Source of the DNA: an uncultured virus (IMG/VR IMGVR_UViG_2690315780_000001)
Lineage: Duplodnaviria > Heunggongvirae > Uroviricota > Caudoviricetes
Length of the DNA: 20,000 nt
IMG/VR virus record: IMGVR_UViG_2690315780_000001
Location: 51,461-71,460 of that record
Reading direction: 5' to 3' (one strand)
Positions 9,557 through 17,733 of this stretch are shown one piece after another. The position numbers were made by a program, and so were the translations under genes. The stretch's first letter is position 1; each line of letters starts with the position of its first letter. The notes beneath the pieces are model-generated. The model was not told where the DNA came from, did not search any database, and saw only the letters and a list, made by a program, of their open reading frames with translations.

Positions 9557-10057
9557 TTATTGTGTTAGGGAATCAATATAGTCAAAAAGAAATTGAGCAT
9601 CTGTTTCGTTTAATTTATTAAAATATTCGGCTTTTCTTTTGTCAAAATCTTCACCTTTATGAGGCCATTTATTACACCACTCATTTATATTTGTATTTTT
9701 TTCGAACCATTGCATTTCATAGCAATATTTATCTGCTAATTGATTAATTAAGTTCGTAGTTTCACCTTTAGTTCTTGTTGCCGTAACAATCAGATCACAT
9801 CCATGACTAATTAATTTCCCAACTGTTTTATCTACTATTTCTTTATAATCACCTTCTGTAGAAATTCCTATTTTAATACCATTTTTCTCAAAAATAGCGA
9901 TCTCATCACTTGAAGATAATTCCCTTATTTTTAATTCAAAAGGAATAGAATAGCTTTTATCTGATTCAAACTTATCAATCAATTTGCTCAGTGTTTGAGT
10001 TTTACCTCGTTCACTTGCACCAAACACACCTAACAATAATTTTTTATCAAACTTCAT
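9557..10057 (-). CDS. Small hypothetical P-loop NTPase/kinase-like protein (moron)
   Basis: LLLGVFGASERGKT (beta strand + Walker A), KIGISTEGD, CDLIVTATRTKG. ATG at 10057 preferred over the TTG at 10078. Low GC; has its own terminator. Confidence 0.75.
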   Translation of the reverse strand: MKFDKKLLLGVFGASERGKTQTLSKLIDKFESDKSYSIPFELKIRELSSSDEIAIFEKNGIKIGISTEGDYKEIVDKTVGKLISHGCDLIVTATRTKGETTNLINQLADKYCYEMQWFEKNTNINEWCNKWPHKGEDFDKRKAEYFNKLNETDAQFLFDYIDSLTQ

Positions 10058-10300
10058 TATGGGATATTCCACTTTCAATAATAAATTATGATATACGTGC
10101 AGAATGTAATTAATACAAGTTACTACATCACATTCTTATGAATATTAAGAAAAATTCCTGTAGAAAATAATGAAGCGTAAAATATGTTGATGAACAAAAA
10201 ACGGTCACAATCATCAGCGTTTATTATTTATATAATTAAGAATCAATAAGTTAATTCAATAGTGATGATGCTAAAATAAAATGCAAAAATTTGGCGTTTT

Positions 10301-10346
10301 CCGCGAAGCCTCCGCCCCGTGGGAAGGGAGGCTATTGAGAGTACCT
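10301..10346 (-). other. Lambda-like cos site (cosN 12-mer GGGCGGAGGCTT at 10317-10306; cosQ-like AGGTACT at 10346-10340)
   Basis: Minus strand CCACG-GGGCGGAGGCTT-CGCGG versus lambda TTACG-GGGCGGCGACCT-CGCGG (9/12 identical, same flanks). cosQ-like heptamer lies 22 nt upstream. Located between the lysis genes and terS. Confidence 0.8.
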
Positions 10347-10376
10347 TTTTAATTAACTGTTCTTCAATCTAGTTTA

Positions 10377-10754
10377 TTATTTAATAAGGTTTGCTTCTAA
10401 AAGGCTAATAACTACATCGGCTTGCCCATTATGATTTTTAGGTAAATCATCATTGTTTTTTTGATATAGCCGAAAACATTCGATGGCTGTTATGTTTGGG
10501 TTCTCTATTGCTAATGCTAAAAGTTCTTTCGCATGGTGTTTATTAGCTATACCCGCTTTATAATTATTCGATGGGATGTTCTTTACTAAACCAAGCTCAC
10601 ATAAACCAAGAAAGGCACCTTTAGGGCATCCTTTATTAATTGATGATTTACTAGTTGTTTCTTTTGATATCGCATTCGTCCATTGCTCACGCAAATCTAT
10701 TTTATCATCATAATTCAATACAGTCTGTACTGCTGCTTTACCATAAGTTCCCAT
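10377..10754 (-). CDS. Hypothetical protein, DUF6979-like
   Basis: KGCPKGAFLGLCELGLVKNIP and HNGQADVVISL motifs recalled from that family (not searched). ATG 10754 has a GAGGT RBS. Confidence 0.65.
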   Translation of the reverse strand: MGTYGKAAVQTVLNYDDKIDLREQWTNAISKETTSKSSINKGCPKGAFLGLCELGLVKNIPSNNYKAGIANKHHAKELLALAIENPNITAIECFRLYQKNNDDLPKNHNGQADVVISLLEANLIK

Positions 10755-10925
10755 ATATAACCTCATGCCTGATTAATATATTAATATTCGATGATACTAA
10801 CACTCAGTAATGCATAATTACCTGATTTTGACCACGCATTGTGAAAGTATTTATTTCTATTTAACATTACTCATAGCTTCCTTTATTATTCAACTTATTT
10901 TTGTAATTTATTTGAATATTTTTAA

Positions 10926-11387
10926 TTATTGTGAACACTCATATCTTATATATTCCTGTAACCCCTTAATCATTCTTTCCGACTCGGCAATTCGCTCTCT
11001 AAGTAGCCAATAATTTCGGATAGCGGTGTCAGTAAGTCTGGCGGGGGTTGCATCATCCATGCTGGAGGTGGAATTTGTGGTGATACGGGAGGAGCACTCT
11101 GCTCTGATATACACCCGCTTAGGATTACGCTCAGCCAAAATACGCAACCCATCAATTTCCTTTTTCGCATTAACTAATTCCTGAGTGTGTTTAATATCGA
11201 GTTGATTTAATAGAGTTACCCGGTTTTGATAATCGTGATTTATATTCACTAGCTCTTTTAAACGACTGGCTAGCTCCTTATTAGCATCGTTTAATCTATT
11301 CAGTTTTTTTGATTGCTCATTTACCACCATATAACCACCAGCAATAATAACTATTGCCATAGTCGCGATATAAAACTTCCAATTCAT
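10926..11387 (-). CDS. rz: Rz i-spanin
   Basis: N-terminal TM helix, coiled coil, LDIKHTQELVNAK, ARLTDTAIRNYWLLRERI...GLQEYIRYEC. Confidence 0.92.
   Translation of the reverse strand: MNWKFYIATMAIVIIAGGYMVVNEQSKKLNRLNDANKELASRLKELVNINHDYQNRVTLLNQLDIKHTQELVNAKKEIDGLRILAERNPKRVYIRAECSSRITTNSTSSMDDATPARLTDTAIRNYWLLRERIAESERMIKGLQEYIRYECSQ
10970..11170 (-). CDS. rz1: Rz1 o-spanin lipoprotein embedded in Rz
   Basis: Alternative frame within Rz; signal peptide with lipobox LSGC; Pro-rich PPPAWMMQPPPDLLTPL. Confidence 0.88.
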   Translation of the reverse strand: MRKRKLMGCVFWLSVILSGCISEQSAPPVSPQIPPPAWMMQPPPDLLTPLSEIIGYLESELPSRKE

Positions 11388-11393
11388 TATTGA

Positions 11394-11552
11394 TTAATAC
11401 CTATAATGAGAAATAGCACGTTGACAACGTTTAACTAAACTCGCTTTATCATTGGAACAAGAAGGATCAATGGAAAGATAAAAACTAAAGATAACAATAA
11501 GAAAAAGAGTAATAATAAAACAAAAAACAATAATTAAAGATTTCCATGGCAT
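11394..11552 (-). CDS. 52-aa single-pass membrane protein in the lysis cassette
   Basis: Translated by hand: MPWKSLIIVFCFIITLFLIVIFSFYLSIDPSCSNDKASLVKRCQRAISHYRY*. Overlaps the endolysin end and stops 6 nt before the Rz start. Confidence 0.6.
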   Translation of the reverse strand: MPWKSLIIVFCFIITLFLIVIFSFYLSIDPSCSNDKASLVKRCQRAISHYRY

Positions 11553-12004
11553 AAAGCAGATTCCATTTCACGGCGATTAATTAAGCCTTTCCATACTTTT
11601 CCACCAGCATAAATCCAGCGTTTCATTTCTTCACAAGCACCATGTTGATCACCCACATTTAATTTTTTGAGTAAAGTAGAACGTGAAAATGCTGTTATTC
11701 CAACATTAAAAGCAAAAGAATATAAAGAGGCTTTAGTGTGATTATCGAGAGATACTTTAACTAAAGCATCGACTTGTTGTTGTATTTTAATAAAATCTTT
11801 TTGTAATAAAGCATCACATTCTTGCTGTGTGTATATTCTATTCTGAATGATGTCATTGCCAGTATAGCCGTAACAAACCGTCAGAACACCCGCAACATCA
11901 TAATAGGATTTGTATTTTATTCCTTCTAAATAACTAATAAGAGTTAAGGCTATAGTAACGGCACTGGTGCTACTTAATACAATGGCTTTCCGTTTTAATT
12001 GCAC
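11534..12004 (-). CDS. Endolysin, GH24 lysozyme, probably SAR type
   Basis: Catalytic E-x8-D-x5-T (EGIKYKSYYDVAGVLT), SFAFNVG, GLINRREME; weakly hydrophobic Ser/Ala/Thr-rich N-terminus; GTG start. Confidence 0.92.
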   Translation of the reverse strand: MQLKRKAIVLSSTSAVTIALTLISYLEGIKYKSYYDVAGVLTVCYGYTGNDIIQNRIYTQQECDALLQKDFIKIQQQVDALVKVSLDNHTKASLYSFAFNVGITAFSRSTLLKKLNVGDQHGACEEMKRWIYAGGKVWKGLINRREMESALCHGNL

Positions 12005-12520
12005 TTAAGATCCTTTTTATTAAAAAGTATCATTTCATAAATATAATTAAATCTTATAATTCAGCTTGATATTTAATTATGTTATCATTAGAAAAATAAA
12101 AATTAGAGATAAAATACAATGAAAAAATTCGATATAGATACAATAATTAAAAACTTATTGGACAAGGATGTAAAAAAATAAATCAAACTTATAACAACCA
12201 AACCAATAAAGAAGATAGTTTCAACAAATGGTTTTTTGACACATTTATCTTTGATCGTATTTTATTTGAAGGATTATTTATTTCACTTACTATAGTTTTC
12301 ATTTGTATAATCACATCAGGATCCACACCTCATCTATTCTATTCATTCTTAGTTTTAGTTTTTATTTATTTCGCCATGAGTTTAGTTATTACTATCTATG
12401 ATTGTATTAATAATAAAATATCACTAATTTTATTCTTTAGAGTAAAAAGAATTACAATAATGACCTATATAATGAAATGACAATTCTCAGACAATAATTA
12501 TTTATTAAAACTATAAAGAG

Positions 12521-13543
12521 TCACTTGTAATTTAATACTTTTATCTCCTCTTTTGTCACCTCAAATCTCTCCTTCTCTAACTCCACTCCCAACACGTTTC
12601 TATTTAACTTTAATCCCGCCTTTATTGTTGCCCCTGAGCCCATAAAGAAATCAGCCACTAAATCACCTTCACGGCTACTAGAACGAATGATATGTTCCAT
12701 CATAGCTGATGGCTTTTCACAAGGATGCTTGCCGGAATAATATTGCACTGGAGAATATGTCCACACATCAGTGTAAGGAACATCAGCTGTAACAAAAAAA
12801 GGACGCTTCGATAATCCGTATTCTTCAACCAATACTTGATAACGTATCTGAGAAACTTTATGTTCTGACAGCAAATCATCATAGGTACGTAATAACGGTG
12901 ATAACTGATCAATATGCGTAGCTCGTTGTGAAAATAACATTTGTAATTTTTGATAGTCATCCCTTAATGGTAATTGCCACTGACTGCGACCAAACCAGTG
13001 ATTAGCCATTTTCTTCCCTGTAACTTTATTTATTTGTTTAACACCAACCTGTAATGCTGATCGTGCATCGATAAAATAATCCATTAGCGGTTTAAATACT
13101 TGTTGCTTGAGTTCACGACACTTTATAACAAACTCAGCCCCTTTTGCTTGTACTGGTCTTTGATAATGTTCCGCAAACAATATTCGTTCTGTCGAAGGAA
13201 AAAATGCACGCAGGCTTTCTTTATTCTGGCGTCGCCAAGGGCCTGAAGGTTTAGCCCAAATAATATGACTTAACATATTAAATCGCCCTTTTACTAATAA
13301 TTCAGTATCAGAGGCAAGCTTAGAGCCACAAAACAAATACAAGCTTCCATTCGGTTTCAATACTCGCCAAAACTCAGTTAATACGTCATCTAGCCATGCT
13401 AAGTATTCAGCTTCATTTGCCCACTGATTATCCCATGCACAAGATTTAACCCGAAAATAAGGAGGATCTGTCACTATCAAATCAATACAATTCTCTGGCA
13501 ACGCTTTCAGCACAATTAATGCGTCATTATTATATAATTGCAT
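12521..13543 (-). CDS. Orphan phage DNA methyltransferase (N6-A/N4-C, beta class)
   Basis: DPPY near the N-terminus, HPCEKP, and DFFMGSG SAM-binding motif near the C-terminus. Confidence 0.93.
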   Translation of the reverse strand: MQLYNNDALIVLKALPENCIDLIVTDPPYFRVKSCAWDNQWANEAEYLAWLDDVLTEFWRVLKPNGSLYLFCGSKLASDTELLVKGRFNMLSHIIWAKPSGPWRRQNKESLRAFFPSTERILFAEHYQRPVQAKGAEFVIKCRELKQQVFKPLMDYFIDARSALQVGVKQINKVTGKKMANHWFGRSQWQLPLRDDYQKLQMLFSQRATHIDQLSPLLRTYDDLLSEHKVSQIRYQVLVEEYGLSKRPFFVTADVPYTDVWTYSPVQYYSGKHPCEKPSAMMEHIIRSSSREGDLVADFFMGSGATIKAGLKLNRNVLGVELEKERFEVTKEEIKVLNYK

Positions 13544-13565
13544 CTATATCCTTTATTGAGGCAAC

Positions 13566-13596
13566 AAAAAAGCCAGAAATTATCAAATTTCTGACT
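13566..13596 (-). terminator. Probable terminator after the secreted-protein gene
   Basis: Minus strand AGTCAGAAAT-TTGATA-ATTTCTGGCT followed by TTTTT (one G-U pair). Confidence 0.65.
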
Positions 13597-13640
13597 TGTA
13601 TTTATATTTAATATAAAAAAGTGCAAAAACAGGTGGTAAT

Positions 13641-14024
13641 TTATAGCTCTTTTATTGGATATGTTTTTTCCGTTTTAGAACCATCACTATAAATTTCAGA
13701 AATCGTGATATCCCCACCATTTACAGAATATTTCACAATGCTATCTAGAGGATCATCCCTCCATCGACCAATACTATCAGCATTATTTGATGCCCAAATT
13801 ACCTTTTCACCGTTTAGCTTGCATTTAATAGCCCAGCGACTGTTATCTACTGAACGAATGTAATGAACATAAGCAATACCGCTTTCAATAGTATCTAATT
13901 GCATAATCTTATGATCTCGACCAAACATGGTTGCCGCAGACGCTTTACATACTTGCCCTACATCGACATTTTGTGCAAAAACAGAAGAACTAAACAGTAG
14001 TGATAATAATAAGATTTTTTTCAC
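13641..14024 (-). CDS. Exported hypothetical protein (Sec signal peptide), moron
   Basis: MKKILLLSLLFSSSVFA-QN signal peptide; two Cys (VCK, KCK); GRWRDDP motif; GTG start; own terminator. Confidence 0.8.
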   Translation of the reverse strand: MKKILLLSLLFSSSVFAQNVDVGQVCKASAATMFGRDHKIMQLDTIESGIAYVHYIRSVDNSRWAIKCKLNGEKVIWASNNADSIGRWRDDPLDSIVKYSVNGGDITISEIYSDGSKTEKTYPIKEL

Positions 14025-14209
14025 AAATTTAATCTCTCATTTAAGATAAGTAATTATGTATATCGTCAATTAATCGAAAAGCTTTATCTTAACTTTTTAT
14101 TTATAAAGTAATTATTCAGTCTTATCTTTATCTACGACTTATTAAGTGTAAATTCATCTTTTATGCAAGAAAAATATGAACTGATACCTTTTATTATAAT
14201 ATAAAGTAT

Positions 14210-14416
14210 TTAATCAATTCTTTTACTTGTTCGCTTATAAAAATCATCTTGTTTTAAAATTAATTCCGCCATTTCTAATTGAGTGAGTAAAAACTCGCAA
14301 CTTTCATAACTGAGTTTCGATTCACTTACGATCTCTATTATATTCTTTCCAGTAGTTTGTGATATCATTTCTAATATATCACATGCTTTAATAGTCATAT
14401 CAGTCTGTTTTATCAT
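14210..14416 (-). CDS. Small phage protein, possible winged-helix DNA-binding protein
   Basis: 68 aa; IIEIVSESKLSYESCEFLLTQLEMAELI resembles a wHTH; AGGTG RBS upstream. Confidence 0.6.
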   Translation of the reverse strand: MIKQTDMTIKACDILEMISQTTGKNIIEIVSESKLSYESCEFLLTQLEMAELILKQDDFYKRTSKRID

Positions 14417-14721
14417 GATATTTCACACCTTTATTTAAAATAAATAATATATCTAAAGGTGTAACTCTTCATCCTATAAACATCAAGTTCTTTTATCAGA
14501 TTATTTTTAAACAAATAACCTTATTGATAATTGTAAAAACAAAAATATTAATTTATATATTTAATATATTTTTATAAATAGAAATACTAATCTACTACAT
14601 TTAAAAATAGGAATCACTTCAATTGAAAAAATCCAATAATTATTTAAAATAAAAAATGTTAACCGATGTATTAACAAATTATTTATAAACTATTATTTCA
14701 TCAAACTCATATGGGAATATT

Positions 14722-14994
14722 ATGATTAATAAAAATTGGCATGCGGCAGATATTATCGCATCATTAAAGAAAAAAGGGACAACGTTAGCAGAGATTTCCA
14801 GAGGTGCCGGTTTAAGTTCCTCTACTCTAGCTAATGCGTTGTCCCGACCATGGCCAAAAGGTGAACAAATTATCGCTCAAAAACTTAATTTACCACCTTC
14901 AACAATATGGCCTGAAAGATATTTTGATGAAAACGGAAATCAAATCATCCGTAAAACAAGAGAACAAAAATTTAATGATAGGAATAAAGAATAA
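14722..14994 (+). CDS. Ner/SfsB(Nlp)-family HTH regulator
   Basis: WHAADIIASLKKKGTTLAEISR...LSSSTLANALSRPWPKGEQIIA...IWPERY is the Ner/SfsB signature. Confidence 0.9.
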   Translation: MINKNWHAADIIASLKKKGTTLAEISRGAGLSSSTLANALSRPWPKGEQIIAQKLNLPPSTIWPERYFDENGNQIIRKTREQKFNDRNKE

Positions 14995-15002
14995 ATCCAT
15001 CA

Positions 15003-15257
15003 TTAACAATATTTATTATAGTATATTTCAATGATATCTTCTGCCAGATCATCATTAATAGTATAAAAATAACATTCAGGCAAATTAAGTACTTTGGCTA
15101 ACTTACATACCATATCAAAGCTTGGTTTATGTAGTCCAGACTCGTATTGCGAAATTCTAGAACGAGAACTAGCTATTTCCATTCCAACTAAAGCACCTAA
15201 TCTTGCCTGAGTCAACTTTGCCCTTTTACGGGCATATCTCAATCTAATAGGAACCAT
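15003..15257 (-). CDS. XRE-family HTH regulator (paralog 2)
   Basis: RLRYARKRAKLTQARLG...RISQYESGLHKPSF. Confidence 0.88.
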   Translation of the reverse strand: MVPIRLRYARKRAKLTQARLGALVGMEIASSRSRISQYESGLHKPSFDMVCKLAKVLNLPECYFYTINDDLAEDIIEIYYNKYC

Positions 15258-15433
15258 AATTCAAAACTAATTACTCTTCAAAATTAATATAATATTTATT
15301 TTATCTATTCTATCTCACCTCCCAATTATTAAACAAATAGCAATTTCTTTAAAAATAGTATTTTATTTTAGTAATTCATTTATTTTATATCATAAAGTAA
15401 AAAAACGTGTATAGCACTTTTTTAAAACGAAAT

Positions 15434-15694
15434 TTATAGTAAATTATATTTTTCATTATAAATAAGAATTAACTCTTCTGCGAATTCATCATTTAAAGTG
15501 TAAAAATAATTTTCTGGTACTTTCAATATTTTTGCAAACCTACAAATAGTTTCAAAATTAGGACGATGTGTGCCTGACTCATATTGGCAAACTCTAATTT
15601 TAGCTGACTCCTCATCTATCTCAGCTAAAATTCCTAACTCCTCTTGAGTTAATTCAACTCTTGCTCTTGCCGTTTTTAGTCTTTTAGGGATCAT
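15434..15694 (-). CDS. XRE-family HTH regulator (paralog 1)
   Basis: RLKTARARVELTQEELG...RVCQYESGTHRPNF; aligns without gaps to paralog 2. Confidence 0.88.
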   Translation of the reverse strand: MIPKRLKTARARVELTQEELGILAEIDEESAKIRVCQYESGTHRPNFETICRFAKILKVPENYFYTLNDEFAEELILIYNEKYNLL

Positions 15695-15756
15695 AATAAC
15701 TCTAACATTTAAAATGAAGATGTAAGTTTATATCATAAAAATTCAAACCTTAAAAA

Positions 15757-15771
15757 TTAAGCATTACTTAA
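15757..15771. promoter_or_regulatory. Palindrome TTAAG-N5-CTTAA, candidate XRE operator
   Basis: TTAAGCATTACTTAA about 63 nt upstream of the paralog 1 start. Confidence 0.35.
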
Positions 15772-15787
15772 CAAGATTAGGCCATAT

Positions 15788-15811
15788 AAACATTAATTAA
15801 AACATTAATTA
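15788..15811. repeat. 12-bp perfect tandem repeat AAACATTAATTA x2
   Basis: Seen directly in the sequence. Confidence 0.7.
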
Positions 15812-15884
15812 AAATAGTATTTGATATTTCATTATTTAATATTACCGTTTTAAATAAAACATAAGTCAGGTAAATATCTTTATT

Positions 15885-15930
15885 TTTATTAGATTAACAG
15901 CTAGTTTGCGTAGCGCGTTAATACTTTTTT
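15885..15930 (-). promoter_or_regulatory. Candidate pR'-like late promoter / qut region
   Basis: Immediately after the Q stop: TTAACG-CGCTACGCAAACTAGCTGT-TAATCT. The 19-nt spacing is non-optimal; the position is what is expected for pR'. Confidence 0.35.
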
Positions 15931-15932
15931 AT

Positions 15933-16328
15933 TTAATTTGTTTTCTTATAACAATAAACTTCATGATCCATCTCTAAACGTATTTCTAACATTGCCAGCC
16001 CTCCTTCAATAAAACCCTCTGCGACTTGTATAATTTGGCGAACTCGGCTTTCACTTATTTTCCAACATCTCGCAATACTTCTTTTAGGATGCTGATAAAT
16101 ATAATGTAATATAAGTGCATTCACCTCTTCTTCTTTTCTCAGTTGTTTTAGACGGGCGATAGCAGAATCAATGATCAATCCATCATCATCGCAACAGCTT
16201 ATACGAGATGAGGATTGATAAGGTAATATCCCTTTAAAACCCGCCGCAATATGAGAATAATCCACACCACTTTGTGCATCAGATGCCCAAGCCCCCCATC
16301 GCTCTAATACTTGCTGTATATCTCTCAT
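15933..16328 (-). CDS. Late antitermination protein Q
   Basis: MRDIQQVLERWGAWA...VDYSHIAAGFKG...CCDDDGLIIDSAI...AEGFIEG; start at ATG 16328. Confidence 0.92.
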   Translation of the reverse strand: MRDIQQVLERWGAWASDAQSGVDYSHIAAGFKGILPYQSSSRISCCDDDGLIIDSAIARLKQLRKEEEVNALILHYIYQHPKRSIARCWKISESRVRQIIQVAEGFIEGGLAMLEIRLEMDHEVYCYKKTN

Positions 16329-16341
16329 GTCGCAAGTACCT

Positions 16342-17412
16342 TTATGCAATACTATTGTGGTGTGTTGAACGTGCAATTAACTGTGCGGACTGATACCAAA
16401 TTTCTTTCCAAAGCGCTTTAGCATTATGAATATGCATTCGCCCTAAACCACGTTGTAAGGCGATTTTTTTCGCGAGGATCTGAAGGGCTGTTTTAGGCTT
16501 CCATGCTGAACTAAATAACAGACTAAATGTGTTATCTCTTTCAGCACAATCGATTTCAATAGAGATCTCGCCCTCCTTTAAGCACCGCCCATTTTGATAA
16601 GCCGGTCGTCCTTTTAATTGCCATTTTTTCGCTTTATCAAGATACTCTGCACAATTGTTTTTATGGAACAGGGTTTTAGGTCTTAAATAATCCTGCATTT
16701 TATTATCATTAAGCCATTTTGCTGTTAGGTAATCGGTAATTAAGATCAATTCATCAACTTGAAAACCATCAACTAACCTCGCTCTAACATAGCTCAACGT
16801 GGTTTGACATTCTCGATAATGGGAGTGGGTTGTTTTATTAAAATAGCGAATAATGTCTATTTCAGGCCGCTCACGATTTGATAATGAGCAATCTGAACAA
16901 GATCTTTTAAGGTTACTCTTTGTAGTAATCTTTGTTGTATTCTCTGTAAGAAGAGCCCTATTTGAACCGTTCTGAGACTGACTTTTGCTTCCCTTCGATT
17001 GTTCCTGTTTGGCACCATCGAATGCACGTATTTTCGTTTTATTATCACTACCTTCTTCACTCGTATTTTGCTCTTCATCTTCTGTTTTCAAAATCTTATG
17101 CTGATAATTAATACTATAAAAGTTAGTACGATCATGAAGGTGTTTGTTGAGCTGTCTCACTTCAATCAATCCAGCCGTTCGAAGATGAGTAAAGACGCGT
17201 TTTAGTGTTGATAGAGATAAGTAGGGAAACTGTAAATGCCAATCAGGTAATGTATTGTAGATCCATCGCCGTCCTTCATATTCAACACCCGATGTTGTTT
17301 CTGTTATCCAATAATGTAATTGTTGCAAAACAATTGCTTCGTATAACCCAATTTGAACTGCTAATTCAGGTATGACTATCTGAGGACGTGTTTTTTCCAT
17401 TAATAATTTCAT
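16342..17412 (-). CDS. Phage replication initiator (N-terminal wHTH, conserved phage C-terminal domain)
   Basis: ELAVQIGLYEAIVLQQLHYW...GRRWIYNT...WHLQFPYLS; C-terminal WLNDNKMQDYLRPKTLF. Confidence 0.85.
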   Translation of the reverse strand: MKLLMEKTRPQIVIPELAVQIGLYEAIVLQQLHYWITETTSGVEYEGRRWIYNTLPDWHLQFPYLSLSTLKRVFTHLRTAGLIEVRQLNKHLHDRTNFYSINYQHKILKTEDEEQNTSEEGSDNKTKIRAFDGAKQEQSKGSKSQSQNGSNRALLTENTTKITTKSNLKRSCSDCSLSNRERPEIDIIRYFNKTTHSHYRECQTTLSYVRARLVDGFQVDELILITDYLTAKWLNDNKMQDYLRPKTLFHKNNCAEYLDKAKKWQLKGRPAYQNGRCLKEGEISIEIDCAERDNTFSLLFSSAWKPKTALQILAKKIALQRGLGRMHIHNAKALWKEIWYQSAQLIARSTHHNSIA

Positions 17413-17553
17413 GTGAATTCCTTTTTCTACCATTCTTTTAAAAAAAAGATGCGCATCAAATTAAAAATAATTTAATTGAAAAAATAACAAAAGATGGTAA
17501 TTCCACTTTTGTTTTGTAAAATATTCCGTTGCATTAATTTTAATTAGCACACT

Positions 17554-17576
17554 TAACGAAAAAATCTAATTCGTTA
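17554..17576. promoter_or_regulatory. Inverted repeat TAACGAA-N9-TTCGTTA in the divergent cI/rep intergenic region, candidate operator
   Basis: Seen directly; function inferred from position only. Confidence 0.3.
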
Positions 17577-17733
17577 TTACTATTGAAACTATCGTGAGTT
17601 AAATTAATAGGATTAATTTAAATAACATCTTTATAGATTAAATTAATCAGTTATCGATTACGCTATTAAAATTAACAAATAGAGAATGGACACGCAAATC
17701 ATTTTTACTTAAATAAAAGGAAATGGGAATTAC

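Noticed and set aside
10810..11013. 67-aa plus-strand hydrophobic ORF
   Set aside because: Composition reflects AT-rich intergenic DNA; overlaps Rz antisense; no RBS
12521..13543. Methyltransferase as part of a restriction-modification system
   Set aside because: No adjacent nuclease-like gene; orphan MTases at this position are common in lambdoid prophages. Nested ORF 12700-12960 is an alternative-frame artefact.
14834..15034. 66-aa ORF overlapping the Ner-like gene
   Set aside because: Alternative frame with no supporting features
16857..17205. Possible ori iterons inside rep, and ORFs 16857-17078 and 16999-17205
   Set aside because: Only weak TCGA-containing echoes and no convincing repeat unit; the ORFs are shadows of rep
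17434..17733. LexA box or cro gene in the cI-rep gap
   Set aside because: No CTGT-N8-ACAG and no plausible HTH ORF found by eye
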